64,000 nt of DNA from Felis catus (GCF_018350175.1 NC_058368.1:44084001-44148000), one strand, 5' to 3'; shown: positions 12,691 through 26,916, counted from the first letter of the stretch. Numbers and translations are program-made. The notes: generated by a model from the sequence alone, not told the origin.

Positions 12691-13379
12691 ACAATCATTT
12701 AAACAGGCACAAGGATAATAAGCTAGGGCAGAGGGATGAGAGAGAAGAGAAATAACTTGGCATTTGGGAGGAATGCATTTGAATTAATCCTGAATTTGGC
12801 AGGCAGATGTGAGTCTAGAGAAATATGTGGACTATATGGTGGTGAGCTTTGCATTATGTTATGAGATTTGGATTTTATCTGGAAAAAATCAGAAAAGCAT
12901 TGAAGAGGAGCAGGATCTATTTTAGATTCCAATTAGCCATCCTGGGGTATAGATTATAGACTGAAGTTGGGTAGACAAAGAGCTAATAGAATTTATATTA
13001 AATAAAGGGCATTTAAGAGTACTGAATTCTAAACTATTTTCTGGAAAGAAAATAAATGAGAAAGGGGAGATGACAAATACAGTTATTCTCCTGAAAAACA
13101 AAAGGGTAAGTGTTGAGAAGTTTGGTGAAAAAAAGTTGAATCATTTTAAGAGAAGTATGTAAGGAAAAACCACAGAAGTATATAAGATTTTACTTACAAA
13201 GTGGTAAGTCTGCAAAATCTGAGAGAGCAAAATTCTAGGTGATGCCAAAATTGAAGGTGTAAATGAAACCTCTATTGTTGGATCAGAATAGAAGATAATG
13301 GTATGAGTGTGTGTGTGTGTGTGTGTGTGAGCGTGTGTGTGCATGTGAGATAGAGAGGTATAGAAATAATTGTTAAATA

Positions 13380-14690
13380 TGTGTATATACACAGATATGG
13401 AAACATAACAGAAATTTTCTACTTCTGTGTGCTCAGATGGTCTATACAGCGTGATACCTCAAGAGAAATAAGCAATCTTTGCACTCAGATCTTGGTTTCT
13501 AAGTAAAAGGATCAAGAACTACTTGAATGAATGCTTGATTCTAGGGCTGAGGAAGGGGACACATATCATAAACCATAAAATAAGGAAGGTTAAAAAAACA
13601 CACCAAGCGCCAACCTGAAAGAGTATCCCAGACTAGAAAAATTAGAGCCACAAAATTCAATAGAACTGTATGAATTGTGACAAAAGAAATATCTTTAAGT
13701 CCATCCTGGTATAAAAATATTAAATAAATGTTAGATAAGGGAAATTTATTCTTTCTGAAGAATTCCAAATAATAAATGTATAAGAAATGAAAGAGAAACT
13801 CACCAGCAGAATAGCACAACAATAATTGCTGTAGCCAAGATCCAGTTATTTTGTGAAATAGTAGGTGAAAACTTAAGAAACAGAATACATGCATAGCCTC
13901 AAAATATCTCAACAGAAATCATTTTAATTACTATGGCGATTTTATCACATGCCTACAAATTATAGGGTAACCCTCTCTTCAGGAGGTGGGGGTTAATTCC
14001 CCCACCCCCTCAGCCTTCAGCATGAGTTGGACATAGTGACTCGCTTCCAACAAATTGAGTATGGAATGGAAAAGACAAATAAAATTGTTATGGCAGACAC
14101 TTAATCAAGAGATCAAGGTTAATGTCACCAGGGTTAAGACATGTGGATAGTGGGTGATTCCTGATACAATTCTTTGAGGTCACCTGTGGTATTCTTCCTC
14201 AAACCCAGAATCCCAATCTACTCATGAGAAAATACTACCTAAGCCAAAATTAAAGGCAATCTACAAATACTGAGCATTAATTTTCAAGAGTCAAGATCAT
14301 GGAAATAAGAAAAGAATGAATGGTCACAGATTGAAGGAGAATATGGGGACATGAGAAATAAATGCAATGCAGTAACCTAGATTGAGTCCTTTAATGGAAA
14401 CAGTAGTAGAAAATGGAAAATGTGAGGAAATAGCTATCATCTTTTTGTTTAATAAATGTACTTTAGGGTGCTCAGTCGGTTGAGTGTCTGACTCCTGCTT
14501 TCGACTCACATCATGATCCCAGGGTAGTAGGATTGAACTCTGCACTGGACACCACGCTGACTTAAAAAAAAAAAAAAAAAAGGAATTTTAGTTGTATAAG
14601 ATGTTAACATTGTAGGAAGCTGGGTAAAGAGTACAAAACTCTGTACTATATTTCATCTTCTATAAATCAGAAATTATTTCAAAATATTTC
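13380..14690 (+). mobile_element. Old L1MC/MD-type 3'UTR fragment
   Basis: ctagggctgaggaagggg, gacatgtggatag, aaatgcaatgcagtaacctagattgagtcct, gatgttaacattgtaggaagctgggtaaagagtac...ctctgtactata...aaattatttcaaaat. Confidence 0.7.
14466..14581 (+). mobile_element. Short CanSINE
   Basis: gctcagtcggttgagtgtctgactc...catgatcccaggg followed by poly(A). Confidence 0.8.
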
Positions 14691-14692
14691 AA

Positions 14693-14920
14693 GGGGCTCC
14701 TTGGTGGTTCAGTCGACTAGGTCTTTGACTTTGTCTCAAGTCATGATCTCATGGTTTGTGAGTTAAAGCCCTGCATCAGGCTCTGTGCTGACAGTGCAGA
14801 GCCTGCTTGCGATTCTCTCTCTCTTCCTCTCTCTCTCTACCCTTCCCCCACTTATGCTCTCACTCCCTCTCTCTCAAAATAAATAAATAAACTTTAGAAG
14901 AATAAAAAATAAACAAAAAG
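14693..14920 (+). mobile_element. CanSINE
   Basis: tRNA-like head, (CT)n, aataaa tail. Confidence 0.9.
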
Positions 14921-15286
14921 TCAAAAAGTGGACTTTAAGAAAAAGTTTTCCAAAATAATTTTTTAAAAATATTTAAAAAAATACATATGTACCTGTGCTT
15001 TTCATCGAGGTGACCTACACCGAGTTTACACCTTCATGTACTTAAGATCCAAAAATTCACTGAAGTTGGCAAAAGATTACTTTTTATAATAAACTTCTAT
15101 ATATATATATTGATTTCCTTTACTGAAATAAATTCTATCCGCAAATTTTCTTCTTCAGTATAGACAGACATGGAGTGTTTTAATTTTCAGGCTAAGATAT
15201 ATTCTTAGTGAAAATCTTCGCTGTTTGGTTAGAGGATGATTTCTAATCATACTACCTGGAGCATCAGAATTTGCACCAATATCTAT

Positions 15287-15382
15287 TTTTTTTTAAGGGA
15301 ACTCTAACCCCAACATGGGGCTTAAACTCATGACCCCAGGATCGAGAGTCGTATACTGTGCCTACTGAGCCAGCCAGATGCC
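15287..15382 (-). mobile_element. Short CanSINE
   Basis: Poly(T) plus the reverse complement of a SINE head (ggggcttaaactcatgacccc...ctgagccagccagatgcc). Confidence 0.8.
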
Positions 15383-17860
15383 AGGCACCAAAGTTTAACG
15401 GGTGAATAGTAATGCAGGTTACTACATTTCTTATTTTTCATATCCAATCTTATTTTAAAGGAGAGAGTCTTAACCTTTAAGGTGATGGAAAATGAGACGG
15501 CGCTGATGATTGATGGAGTCCCTTCTATTGTAATACAACACACTGTACCTTCTAAAAGGAGACATTTCTGACTGAACGGGGATACTATCAATTATTTTGT
15601 CAGAGCATCAGGCATCAAACTGGAACTTTCTCAGGCAGATTAAGAGGTTAATCTTGAAAAAACTTAACAAATAAATAAATGTGAGATAAAGGGAAAATGT
15701 CCCTTTGCAGTTTGTTGGCCTGAACTTAACTTTTAATTGAGTTGTTTCTTTGGAGTTGATCCAGCAGACAGTGTAACTCAAGGTAACCTTCTGAGTTATT
15801 ATATACATCCCATTTCATTCTCGCATAAACCTAGTTTACAGAAACATTAACTCATCGTATATAATTATATATGTGATATACTAAATATTCCATATATATA
15901 TATATATATATATTAAATTGTATTCATAGGCAAGTTGTCTCTTTTCTCCTGTATCTTCACAATTAGAAAATATTTTTTATTCTTGATTTCTGAGATTAAC
16001 ATTTCTGAACATCACAGAAGTGATTATGTAAAGAATATTATAAAATAAAGAAGACAGAATATTTAGTATGAAAATATTTGGAACCAAAAATAAAAGATTA
16101 AGTAAAATTCTGGATTATAGAATAAAGTTGAACTGGAAAGAGCAAATTCAATGTAAGTACTTTAGAAAGTACAATGTAAGTACCAGAAAGGCAAGGTAGG
16201 CCAAAACTACACTTGCCATCTTTGTTACAACTGACATTCTCACTAGTTTGATACTTACAGATGCATAATAAAGCTACAAAATAACTGCTACAGCTAGCTT
16301 CACTGGTGACACTAATCAACTTGGGTTCTACCAAGGAAAGCTAGTGGAAATCAGAACACTGAGTGTCTGAATTTATCCCACAAAGATTTATGGGCTGTTT
16401 CATTTTTAAGAATAAATATTACATAGCATAGATTTTATTTGAGAAAAAAAAAAGAGGAAAAAAGAGAAAAAAAGATCACTAGCATCTTTCAATCCCAGAA
16501 AAGATTTATATCCATCACATGCTGACACAAGCTAAAGTATATTAATTATTCTCAGGATGAAAAAATACTGTCAATTTCTGAATAATAACAAGACTGTATA
16601 TAGTGTTTCCTTTCCATTTTCCACCCCATCTTCTGACAATGAATGGAGAGGAATAAGATGGATTTAGAAGTATCAAACAGGGATTTTCTACTGAAGAAAG
16701 AACAGCAAGTTTCTACTTAAGGCTGTCGTTTTTGGCTCTGGGGCAGAAAATGTAGAAGCAAAGAAAACAGCCCAATATATAAACACACGAAGTTCAACCC
16801 GAAGGCAACTCTTTGACCGGTCCTTATTGAAGTTTATTCATTTATATATCTCGGCAAAAGAATTTCAGCAGCATCTGGCATTTACTAACATAGTGTATGA
16901 GCTTTCTATTGACATCTCCAAGTGCCATATTTGTTTCTTTTTATTTTATGCCTTTATAAGTTTAGAAATGTCTATAACTTGGTGATTCCAAATGAAATAA
17001 TGTATGTGAGCACACAATTACCAGAGGATGAGGACAATAAGGAATAAGCCAACATTTTGTTATAGATACAGTGTTGAAAACTAAAAAATTGCTACATTTC
17101 TTTAAATAAATCTTCAGTTTTAACAATAATTTATTCACAACTTTATAAGCTTACATGTATTTATTAGATATGTAAACACTTGACCAATGCTTTCTGAAAG
17201 CATTTCATGAAGATATTAAATGTATTTTCTAATAAACTTTTTTTTAATTTTTTTACATTTTTAATTTATAAAACAAAACTGAAAAGTAGTGCAGGGTTCC
17301 TATATATCTCGCGCCCAGTTTTTTCCTGTTATTAGTATCATTTGTTAGAATGGCACATTTTGTCACGAATGGAGCAACAATGTTGATACCTTATTAATTA
17401 AAGTCCAAAGTTTATTCCAGTTGTTTTAATTTTTAACTAATGTTCTTTTTCTCTTACAAGATCATATTTAGGATAAAACATTACACTTAGTTATCATGTT
17501 TCTTTAGGCTCTTCTTAGCTGTTACTGTTTCTTAGACTTTCTGTGTTTTTGATAACCTTGAGAGTTATAAGGAGTTGTATGTTGTATGTCCCTCTATTGG
17601 AATTTATCTATTGCTTTTCTCAGATTAGACTGGGGTTATGGGCCTATGGGTTTGGGGGAGAAAGAACATGGAGTAAAGTGCCATATCCATCCATCCTATT
17701 GATGTTGAACTTGATTGCAAGGTTGAGGTAGTGTTTGTCAGTTTTCTTCACTATAAAGTTACTTTTTTCCCCCCTCTTTCTATACTATACTCTGGAACCA
17801 CTATGCACAGCATACACTGAAGGGCTACAGACTTACACACCCCTTCAATCAGGGCAAGAG

Positions 17861-18361
17861 TGTCATCAAGCCTGTTGGGCTGAGATTTAAGAAAAAAAAA
17901 TGTTTGCAGCCTGGGAAATGGCTGGTTGAGAAGCAACAAGATAGACCAAGAAAACCTGATATCCTTTGAAATGTCAAAGCTGAAGACAACCTGACCTTGC
18001 CTGTGGATCAACATGTTTTCCCACTCTGTAAATGTTTAATCTAAAGTAGTAAAGCAACCCCCTTCCTATGGATGTACACACTGCCCCTGTGACATATGCC
18101 TGTACATCACTGCCCTGATTGTATTGTTTCCCCGAAAATCTATGAGCATGCTTTGTTCCTGCCTTTGAAACCACACTTTCCTGCATTCCTGCACCCCTTG
18201 AAATGCACTGATAAGATTCTCAATAAGAACTGGAGAAGAGCTTTGCTCTGGATCATCGCCACTAGAGCACTTGGCCCCCTGTCCCTCTCCTTTCTCTGAT
18301 TCAAGAGTCTGGAGTAATCTGTCATCAACTGCTCCAGGGTTTGCTGGTCAAACCTGGAACA
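17861..18361 (+). mobile_element. Solo LTR, about 500 bp, probably ERV1 class; strand tentative
   Basis: TG...CA termini (tgtcatc...ggaaca), flanks agag/aaag (imperfect 4-bp TSD). Cleanly interrupts the host L1. Confidence 0.7.
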
Positions 18362-19212
18362 AAAGTATCTACATTATTTGGAATTATTTTACGCAGGAAA
18401 TACCTGTCTTCTCCCCCATTAACTGTTTTATTTAATCATTTCTTTATGACAGCATGGTTTCATATTTGTTTTATATCACTGACATTTTTATTGACTTTTT
18501 TAATTTAGCCTTTTTGCAGAATGCCATATCATTGGAATCACAGATTGTCTTTTCTTAGATTGACACATTTTTAGCTTATCCATGCCTTTTTTAATTCGAT
18601 TGCCCCCCCTTTTATCGCTGAATAATGTTATCTTATCTATATGTAATACAGTTTGTTTATCAATTCACTTATTAAAGCACAATTTGGATTCTTTCAGTTC
18701 AGGAGGATTACTAATGAAGCTGTGATAGACATCCACCTGCAAGTTTTGTATGTGGAACATGATTGCTGGATCTTCTGGTAACCCTAGATAAAGCTTTGTA
18801 AGAGACCTCTAAACTGTCTTCCAAAGTGGTTGTGCCGTCTTGCATCCCCAACAGCAGTGAATTAAAGTTTCTGGTATTCCACATCTTCACCAGCATCTAG
18901 TATTGTCAGCTTTTGGGTTTTGACTTTTCTAATCAGAATGTAGTGCTCTCTCATCCTTGCTTTAATTTGCAATTCTAGAATGACAAATGATGTCGTCTTT
19001 TCCCATGATTGTTTTCCGTGTGTATATCTTTTTTGGTGAAGTGTCTGTATCACTTGCCCATTTTTAAGTTGTGTTACTTGTTTTTTCCACTGTTGAGTTT
19101 TAGAGTTCTTTGTTTAATCTAGAGACAAGTATTTTATCAGATGTGTGCTTTGCAAAGTTTTCTCTCAGTTGGTACCTTGTCTTTTTTTTTTGGGGGGGGG
19201 GCTTCAGTTTCA

Positions 19213-19480
19213 TTTTTTTTTTAATTTTATTTATTTTTTTTCAATTTTTATTTTTATTTATTTATTTTTAATATTAAATTTATTGTCAAATTGGTTTCCA
19301 TACAACATCCAGTGCTCATCCCAACAGGTGCCCTCCTCAATGCCCATCACACACTTTTCACTCTCCCCCAGCCCCCATCAACCCTCAGTTTGTTCTCAGT
19401 ATTTAAGAGTCTCTTATGGTTTGCCTTCTTCCCCCTCTGTAACTCCCCCCCCCCCGTCTTCTGTTAAGTTTCTCAGGATA
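19213..19480 (-). mobile_element. Feline L1 3' end
   Basis: Reverse complement of the L1 3'UTR seen at 1620-1830 (tttattgtcaaattggtttccatacaac...agtgctcatcccaa) with a T-rich tail. Confidence 0.92.
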
Positions 19481-20089
19481 ATGATAAAGACTAACAACCA
19501 TTTCTTCTTCTATGTATTTTGTTTTTGTTGTTACATATAAAATTTATTATCAAGCCTATGATCAACATGGTTTTCTCCTTTATTTTCTTCTAGAAATTTT
19601 ATAGTTCTGCATTTTACATTTAGATTTATGATTCACTTTTTGTCCATTTTTTTGTGAAAGGTCTGCATCTAAATTTCTTTATTTGCTTGCATATGGAAAA
19701 CATTCCAGTTTTTCTAGCATCCTTGTTGACAAGTCTATTGCTATCATTGAATACCTTTATCAAAGATCAGTTCACTATATCAGCATGTCTATTTCTGTTA
19801 TCTGTTCTCTTCCATCAATCTATATGTCTATTCTTTCAACAAAACCAAAACTATCTCACTTACTCTAGCTTTATAATGTGTTATTCTCCAGGTAAATTGA
19901 TCTCAGATGTGATTCTTGGTCTTACTACATCTCTCCAAATTTGGAGGGGAGGGGAGGTCATATATGACCTAATTTATCTGATAGGTCCAATAATAAAATT
20001 ATTTGACTTTGACTTTTCCAGTTTTTATGTTCATAAAATTGTAACCACCTTCAAACTCTTGTATATGAAAGTTTAACTTAAAAAAGAAA

Positions 20090-20150
20090 TATATATATAC
20101 ACACACACACACACACACGTACACCACACACACACACAGACACACACATA
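20090..20150. repeat. (TA)n(CA)n microsatellite
   Basis: Directly visible. Confidence 0.85.
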
Positions 20151-20579
20151 TGTTTCACACCAAAATTACACAGTTCAATACTTTTCACTGAATTACCCTA
20201 ATGGTAAATTTAATAAAGATAACATGATAACAATGGGAAAAATACTGTTTACCGAGTCCTTACTGAGTCAACAGTGAAAGCTGGAAGGAACACTTTTTCC
20301 CATTAGAAATTTGAAATTAATTAGGATGACAAGATAATATATAATCTTGCATTTTAATCTGTTGTTTTCTATAAGTACATAAATTACCTATTTTAAAACT
20401 TGTATTGATATTTTAAAGAATCTGCTGTTGATTAATGTATTGATAAAAACAAAATATTGTTTAATTTTAAATATATTAAAAAGAGAGGGGAAGTTAACAA
20501 GTACATCCCATTTTAAGTCAACAATTTAGAACTTCTTTGATTTGTGCCTTATTTAGTATACCCATTATGTTACTCAATG

Positions 20580-20975
20580 ATCAAAAAGAACAAAATCTTG
20601 CCATTTGCAGCAACGAAGATGGAAGTATAGTGTATTAAGTTAAGCAAAATATGTCAGTCAAAGAAAGATAAATATATGATTTTATTCACATGTGGAATTT
20701 AAGAAACACAACAGAGGAACATAGGGGAAGGGAAGGAAAAATAAGATAAAAACAGAGAGAGAAGCAAATCGTAAAGGACTCTTAACTACAGAGAACAAAC
20801 TGAGGGTTGCTGGAGAAAGGTGGGTGTGGAGGTGCTGTGGGTGATAGGCGGTAAGGAGGGCACTTGTTGGGATGAGCACTGGGTGTTATATGTAAGGGAT
20901 GAATAACTGGGTCTTACTACTGAAACCAATACTACACTGTATGTAAACTAACATATTTAAATAAATAAATATTTT
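20580..20975 (+). mobile_element. Carnivore L1 3' end, older tail variant
   Basis: aaaatcttgccatttgcagcaac...acaaactgagggttgctgga...gggatgagcactgggtgttatatgtaag...actacactgtatg. Confidence 0.9.
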
Positions 20976-21516
20976 AAAGAGGTATTAATTCCAAAGGAGT
21001 CAACTAGATAAACTGAATTTACATTCTGTTCCTCATAGAAAATATATTTTCAGAGTTCTTTTATTAATAGAATAACCATTTCTTTGATTAATTTATTAGC
21101 AGCAGTAACAACTGGCATATTATGGTAGACATTTGAAGGTTAGTGTATGAATACATCCTCTATAGAATGTATTTCATACATATATAGGGTTATATACACT
21201 ATTATAGATAAAAATGCTTTTGAGTTTAGCTAATTTTTAACTGAAATTTCTTATTTCTTTCCCCAGCAGCAGCAAAAACAACAAGAATATTTGCTTTTTA
21301 TTTTTCTCTAAGAGTTTGGTTTCTAGGATTTTAATTTAGTTTAACTTCTTGGTATCTCTCATCCAACTTCTTTTGGTCTTTGAAATATCACTGAATCTCT
21401 TAAAAATAATTGTACTCTCTGTATTGAATTTATTCACTCTATTTATTTTGACTTCTCTGGAAGTCTATTTACAAGTTAGTTTAAAAATTGACTAGTTTAT
21501 TCCTTTTTAAAAAAAT

Positions 21517-21728
21517 ATTTTTTAATGTTAATTTATTTTTGAGAGAGGGAGAGACAGAATGCGAGTAGGGGAGGGGCAGAGAGAGAGGGAGACACAGAAT
21601 CCAAAGCAGGCTCCAGGCTCTGAGTTGTCAGCACAGAGCCCCATGTGCGGCTGGAACTCACAGAACCCATGTGACCATGACCTGAACTGGTGTCGAATGC
21701 TTAACTGAGTGAGCTACCCAGGTGCCCC
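21517..21728 (-). mobile_element. CanSINE
   Basis: Reverse-complement SINE ending caggtgcccc. Confidence 0.92.
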
Positions 21729-23780
21729 TGTTCCTTTCTATCTTAAAGATGTGAAGTCTTAATTGTTCAATAAAGCAACTAAAATGCAGTTTTGCTGTTA
21801 ATTATTCAGGCCACAAATATATCAAGTATAAAGCTGTCTCCTTTAATAGACATCTAATACTAAGATTTTCAGTATATTTATGAGTGATGAAAAGATGGCT
21901 TCATAAAAGAAGTGGCCAACTATTATAACGCTTTTTTGTTGCTGTTAAAGTAGTTTTGCCTTAATATACATTTGTGCATTTTTAAAACACAATGACTTAA
22001 TTTTATACATCTAGTTGCAACTTTTGATTTAACTTAATGCTCAAATGAATTAAAATAAGTAGAGCCTTAAGAGTGGTTTTTCAACTGAATTTTGAAAGCT
22101 TCCAGTTGATTCTTCAGCTTCAATTCCCAGATAATTGTCAGTAGACCCTCACACATGACACTCGGAAGCCTCTCTCAAACCACAGGAATTCTCACTGTTC
22201 CATGAGTCACTCTGAGTTCACTTTGCCTTTGGATCACCATGGGGGCATGAGGTCTTGAAACAGAATGAATGAATGAATGAACAAATAAATAAACTCTAAG
22301 AAACCTAGACCTTTTGTGTCTTGGCATGGCAAGAGCAACTTTCTTTTAAATTTATTGTTCTACATGAATACTCTGGTTGGTTTTGTAGGTGTATGTTTGC
22401 AATTTTCTTATAAAATAAATAGGCCAAGGACAGACAGTATGCTGAAGCTTCATGCTGATATACTGCAACATGCTTTTCTTACAACAAAACATGTCTGTCT
22501 TTAGAACTTCATAATAGCTTCTGATACATGTAGTGAATTAACATTCCTACATTGCAGAGTCAAAATAAAGTGACTGTTATCAATAGATATTTTTCCCTTT
22601 TTAATATTTCTCGGTTAATAGTGCAGGCTTGAACCTGGAAGTCTGTATCTGGCCTGTGAATGTGCCATTTATTCTTGCTCCGAAGCCAATGACAATGAAG
22701 TGTCCAATATGCATGAAACTACAATTCTCATAAAATGACTTGAAAATAGATGGCTGAAAATTTATAGCTCTCCTATGACTCTTGTTTGAGGACCTATCTA
22801 ATAACCCCTTATAAGTAATCAGATGGACTTTATGCAACCTCATCTTGTAAATGGACCATGTGAATGTTTCCCTATTATTGCTGCCATAGCTCACAGACTG
22901 CATAAGATTTGCTAGTCATTTTGCAGCAAAACAAATTACTACTCTAACAATAGAAATTACAATGGCCTTCACATAAGTCATGCCTCTGTAATGTGGAGAA
23001 CAAAAAAAAAAAAAAAAACCTGCTTAGGAGTTGTAGAATTCACCCATTAAACTGTCCCTCTGTTAAATTTCTCACTGACATATTTTCTGTAGATGAAGAA
23101 ATAAGGAAAATTGCTACTAAAAAAATTATTTTGTCCCACCTTATAAGTCATAGGGTATGTTATACTACTATATTCTTTTAAAAAGTATTTATAAAATATG
23201 AATATTAAATACATAAAAAACTACCCTCAAATAGGTCCTATTTTGTTTACTCAGTTTTATACATGATTCATTTTGTTTGTATTTTAAATAATGATATCCA
23301 AAGTTTTTCAGCTCTCTTTTCACCATTTAAAATTAAGACAGACATTTAAATCTAAGAATTTAAAAAAATCTAGAATATGAGAATTTTTTTTTCTTTGCTG
23401 TCAAATGCATCCATTTAAAATCATGAGATAAGTATTGAATGAAGCCTACATAAATACTTTCTTAAGTTTGAGAGGTCACAAGCACCCCATTAGCATTAAA
23501 TTTAAGCTTGAGAGTAAAATCTAAAACAATAAAATCAATGCATTTATATCCACATATATGAAATATATTTTGGAAAAGATATGATAAATATATCTTAATG
23601 GCATGCTAGAATCATGAATTAGATAATTCAAAAATATCATCTGTAAAACAACTATGGATAATAAAGCAAAATAAGCATACAGAAAAACAATCTTAAAACA
23701 TTTCTCAACATTACTCAAACTTCCTAATCCATGTCCAAATTTCCACCTGCATATATGTAATCTAAATAAAATTGGTCTAT

Positions 23781-23990
23781 GGGTGCCTGGATGGCTCCAT
23801 TGGTTAAACGTCCAACCTTGGCTCAGGTCATGATCTCACAGTTCTCGAGTTCCAGCCCCAAGTCAGGCTCTGTGCTGACAACTTAGAGCCTGGAGCCTGC
23901 TTCAGATTCTGTGTCTCCCTCTCTCTCTGCCCCTTGCTAGCTCATATTGTCTCTCACTCTCCCAAAAATAAACATTAAAAAAATTAAAAA
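23781..23990 (+). mobile_element. CanSINE
   Basis: Full element; TSD aaataaaattggtcta / aagtaagattggtcta. Confidence 0.92.
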
Positions 23991-24431
23991 TAAGTAAGAT
24001 TGGTCTAAATTTAATTAGCATTATGAAAAACTTTGTCATGACTCTTAACAATTTTTAATATTAAATTACTACCCTTGAGGAAATAATGTTCTCAAAACAG
24101 CCTTGTAACTTGGACAACAGTGAGAGGATTTAAATGTTTGATTTTTGATCATTTTGGCAACTGACCACTTTGGGGATCTTATATAAAATTTTTTAGATTC
24201 TTCATCTTGGGCACACTTTCCCACTTGAAAATAATCAATGGCATTGAAGAAGGCTACTCTCTTTATGTTGGATATGCCATCCAGAGTTCATAATTACTTG
24301 GTATTTCATAAATGAGGGGTCCACATAATTCATTTAACTTTTTCTTCTTGGCCTAATTTCAAGTTTGTGATCAGAGTTCATTTCAGAAGCACAACTGAGT
24401 TTTGGTAAGTTTAGTTCAAAAAGTCTACTAG

Positions 24432-24560
24432 AAGGGTGGTAGATTTTAAGGACGGCACTTGTGATGAGCACTGGGTGTTGAACGTAAGTGATGAATCTAT
24501 GAATTCTACTCCTGAAACCAATATTGCACTTAATGTAAAATAACTAAAATTAAAAAAAAA
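24432..24560 (+). mobile_element. Very short L1 3' end, older tail variant
   Basis: ggcacttgtgatgagcactgggtgttg...aattctactcctgaaaccaatattgcac followed by an A tail. Confidence 0.85.
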
Positions 24561-25130
24561 CAGTATTGATTTTCTTAAAGATGCAACTTGTCCTCTTGAG
24601 TCAAAGGAGACATTTTTCCTTCCCTATGTTTTTCAGTAGGATTAACAGAGTATAAATTAATTTTAAAAGTGGAAAGGTGATGCCTAATAAAAACAATAAC
24701 AACATTAGTTATAAAAACAATAATAATATTATCAGGTACTAAGTACTTAGTGCTTAAAATTTCTGGGTAGATTTTTGCTTGTTTTGTTTGTTTCTTTGTT
24801 TGCTTTCATGTTTTGGTCCAGATTCATTTGAATAGTCCTACACTGAAACTGCTCTTTGATCGAACTAGGATTACAAGTGCTTACTGTCAACCAGTATGCC
24901 TTGTTGTATTTTAACATTTCAAAAACGATTCAAGGATTACATGTCAATAACTATTTGTAAACCATATCATTTTCATGCAGTTTTTCCATTCTTTTGTGAC
25001 ATTAGAGTGTGTACATCTGTATGTGTTAACACAGATAGAGACATACATAAAGAATAGCTGAGCCAGGACTGTTCTGTTTCAAATAATGATGACTGATAGT
25101 ATATTTTCACTGTTGGCAGAGACAACTTTA

Positions 25131-25132
<2 letters not shown>

Positions 25133-25165
<33 letters not shown>
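25133..25165. repeat. (CA)n microsatellite
   Basis: Directly visible. Confidence 0.95.
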
Positions 25166-25167
<2 letters not shown>

Positions 25168-25379
25168 CCCGCTTCTTAGAAGAAGCATTAAAATTGTTTT
25201 AAAATACAAAAGTGAAAAGGCCCTTGAAACAGTTGGAAATAAATGCAAAACAAATTCTAATTAATAGAAATAATAAAGAAACAAAATAAAATTGGTTTTT
25301 GAGATGCAACATTTTGGTTATAGACAAAAGGACAAGTTTTTGATTCTGTTATAACTAGTAAGGGTTCAATAAGTTTACT

Positions 25380-26640
25380 GGTTTTAAAGAAATAGCATTG
25401 CTGTAAAAACACCACACAAATCAATTTGAAACAAAAAGAGTAACAAAAAATCCATTGTCATATATGTAAAAATATATCCAAGGCTTTTGTAAAGAAAAGT
25501 AAAATATCTTATAAAAGAGTGTAAAAGAAACTTAAATAAATAGACATATAATCTTCAGTGATGAGACTAATATCATAAAATATACACTTTGTTAACCTAT
25601 GTGTGCAACAGAATTATGATTTAATTTAATATAGAAACTCATCTTTTCAGATTTCAATACTTTTATGAAACTACTGTGATCCAAATAAACCAAATCAATC
25701 AATGCATAGGATGGAGAACAGAGAAACTGACCACGAGAGCTTTAACATTCCCCTCAGTTTGACTAATCTTTAGACAAAGTTCTTCCAAACTTAGGCCCCT
25801 GACCTTTTTCTTAGAGGATTTATTTCAGAAAACTTGCAAATGTAAATGCTTTCTCTGCTTCCTTGGGGTATAAATCTCCTCCAGCTTCTTGCCAGTTTTA
25901 TAACTCAGGAATGTTTCATGCATCTGAAAGCCATTTCTCTGATAGGAACCATCAAGAACCATGGCACCCTTATCTCCTAGGCTCTGTGAAAGTGTATGAA
26001 TCTAGCTTCCTTAGCTCCAGTTAAACAGATGGTCTAACCACATTGGTCAATTCCCCCTACCCAACTTCATCCAGTAGTTTTCCACTAGCTCACCCAGCAC
26101 TTAAAAGTTACCTTCTCCCTTGCTTCAGCCAAGTTGAGTTCAGTTTTTCTCCCCTCTTACAATAATCTGGAATAATGGTGTCCTTGTCTGTTTTACATGT
26201 CCAGGGAAATTTTTCTTTGACAAAACATATACATGTACGTAAGGGACCTTGGTATCTGATATAAGTAGCAGAACAAACAAGTGAAGAAAATGATCCAATG
26301 AGTGGCCTCGGAGCAATTAGCTGTGCATATGTAATCAGAGTGACCCACTGATTATTTTTCTAATACTAATACACAAAAATGAATTTCTGCTGTATTTAAG
26401 ATTTGAACACACAATTAACAAAAGAGAAAGACAATAACCATAAAACTCATGAAATACGTGCTTTAACTTAGTAATCAGGAATATTATTAAAGATATATAA
26501 TATGAGATGCTGTACTACTTTATGAAATTACCTATAAATGGTTGTTTTCTCAAGATCATTATTGTGAAGGATATAGAGAAAAATAAGTGAGAGTTACATT
26601 CAGCAATACCGATCATGGGTAATAATTTTGAAAGAAATAT
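25380..26640 (+). mobile_element. Highly decayed L1M ORF2 fragments
   Basis: A-rich sequence with cagatttcaatacttttatgaaactac, tacacaaaaatgaattt and ttagtaatcagga motifs; split by an LTR. Confidence 0.55.
25728..26222 (+). mobile_element. Solo ERV1-class LTR (MER34/MER39-like)
   Basis: TG...CA termini, perfect 4-bp TSD aaac, internal gaaaacttgcaaatgtaaatgctttctctg motif. Confidence 0.8.
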
Positions 26641-26670
26641 TCAATAGTATGTTTTTAAATATACTGAGTA

Positions 26671-26901
26671 GGGGCGCCTGGGTGGCGCAGTCGCAGTCGG
26701 TTAAGCGTCCGACTTCAGCCAGGTCACGATCTCGCGGTCCGTGAGTTCAAGCCCCGCGTCGGGCTCTGGGCTGATGGCTCAGAGCCTGGACCCTGTTTCC
26801 GATTCTGTGTCTCCCTTTCTCTCTGCCCCTCCCCCATTCATGCTCTATCTCCCTCTGTCCCAAAAATAAATAAACGTTGAAAAAAAATTAAAAAAAATAA
26901 A
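26671..26901 (+). mobile_element. Young feline SINE (SINEC_Fc-type)
   Basis: CpG-rich; perfect TSD taaatatactgagta; internal cgcagt duplication. Confidence 0.97.
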
Positions 26902-26916
26902 TAAATATACTGAGTA

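Larger units (their letters stand above)
17240..19900 (-). mobile_element. Old antisense L1 (L1MB/MC-like) hosting a solo LTR and a younger L1 end
   Basis: Antisense L1 motifs ccaaagtggttgtgccgtcttgcatcccca, ttaatttgcaattc, ttttcttctagaaattttatagtt. Confidence 0.75.

Noticed and set aside
15400..15800. Exon-like unique sequence and a small hairpin at 15774-15798
   Set aside because: Stops in the plausible frames and no recognisable protein.
22601..22903. 100-aa minus-strand ATG ORF in unique sequence
   Set aside because: No recognisable domain or splice context; this length is expected by chance.
26671..26760. tRNA-like A/B box sequences here and at other SINE heads
   Set aside because: These are the tRNA-derived heads of CanSINEs, not tRNA genes.
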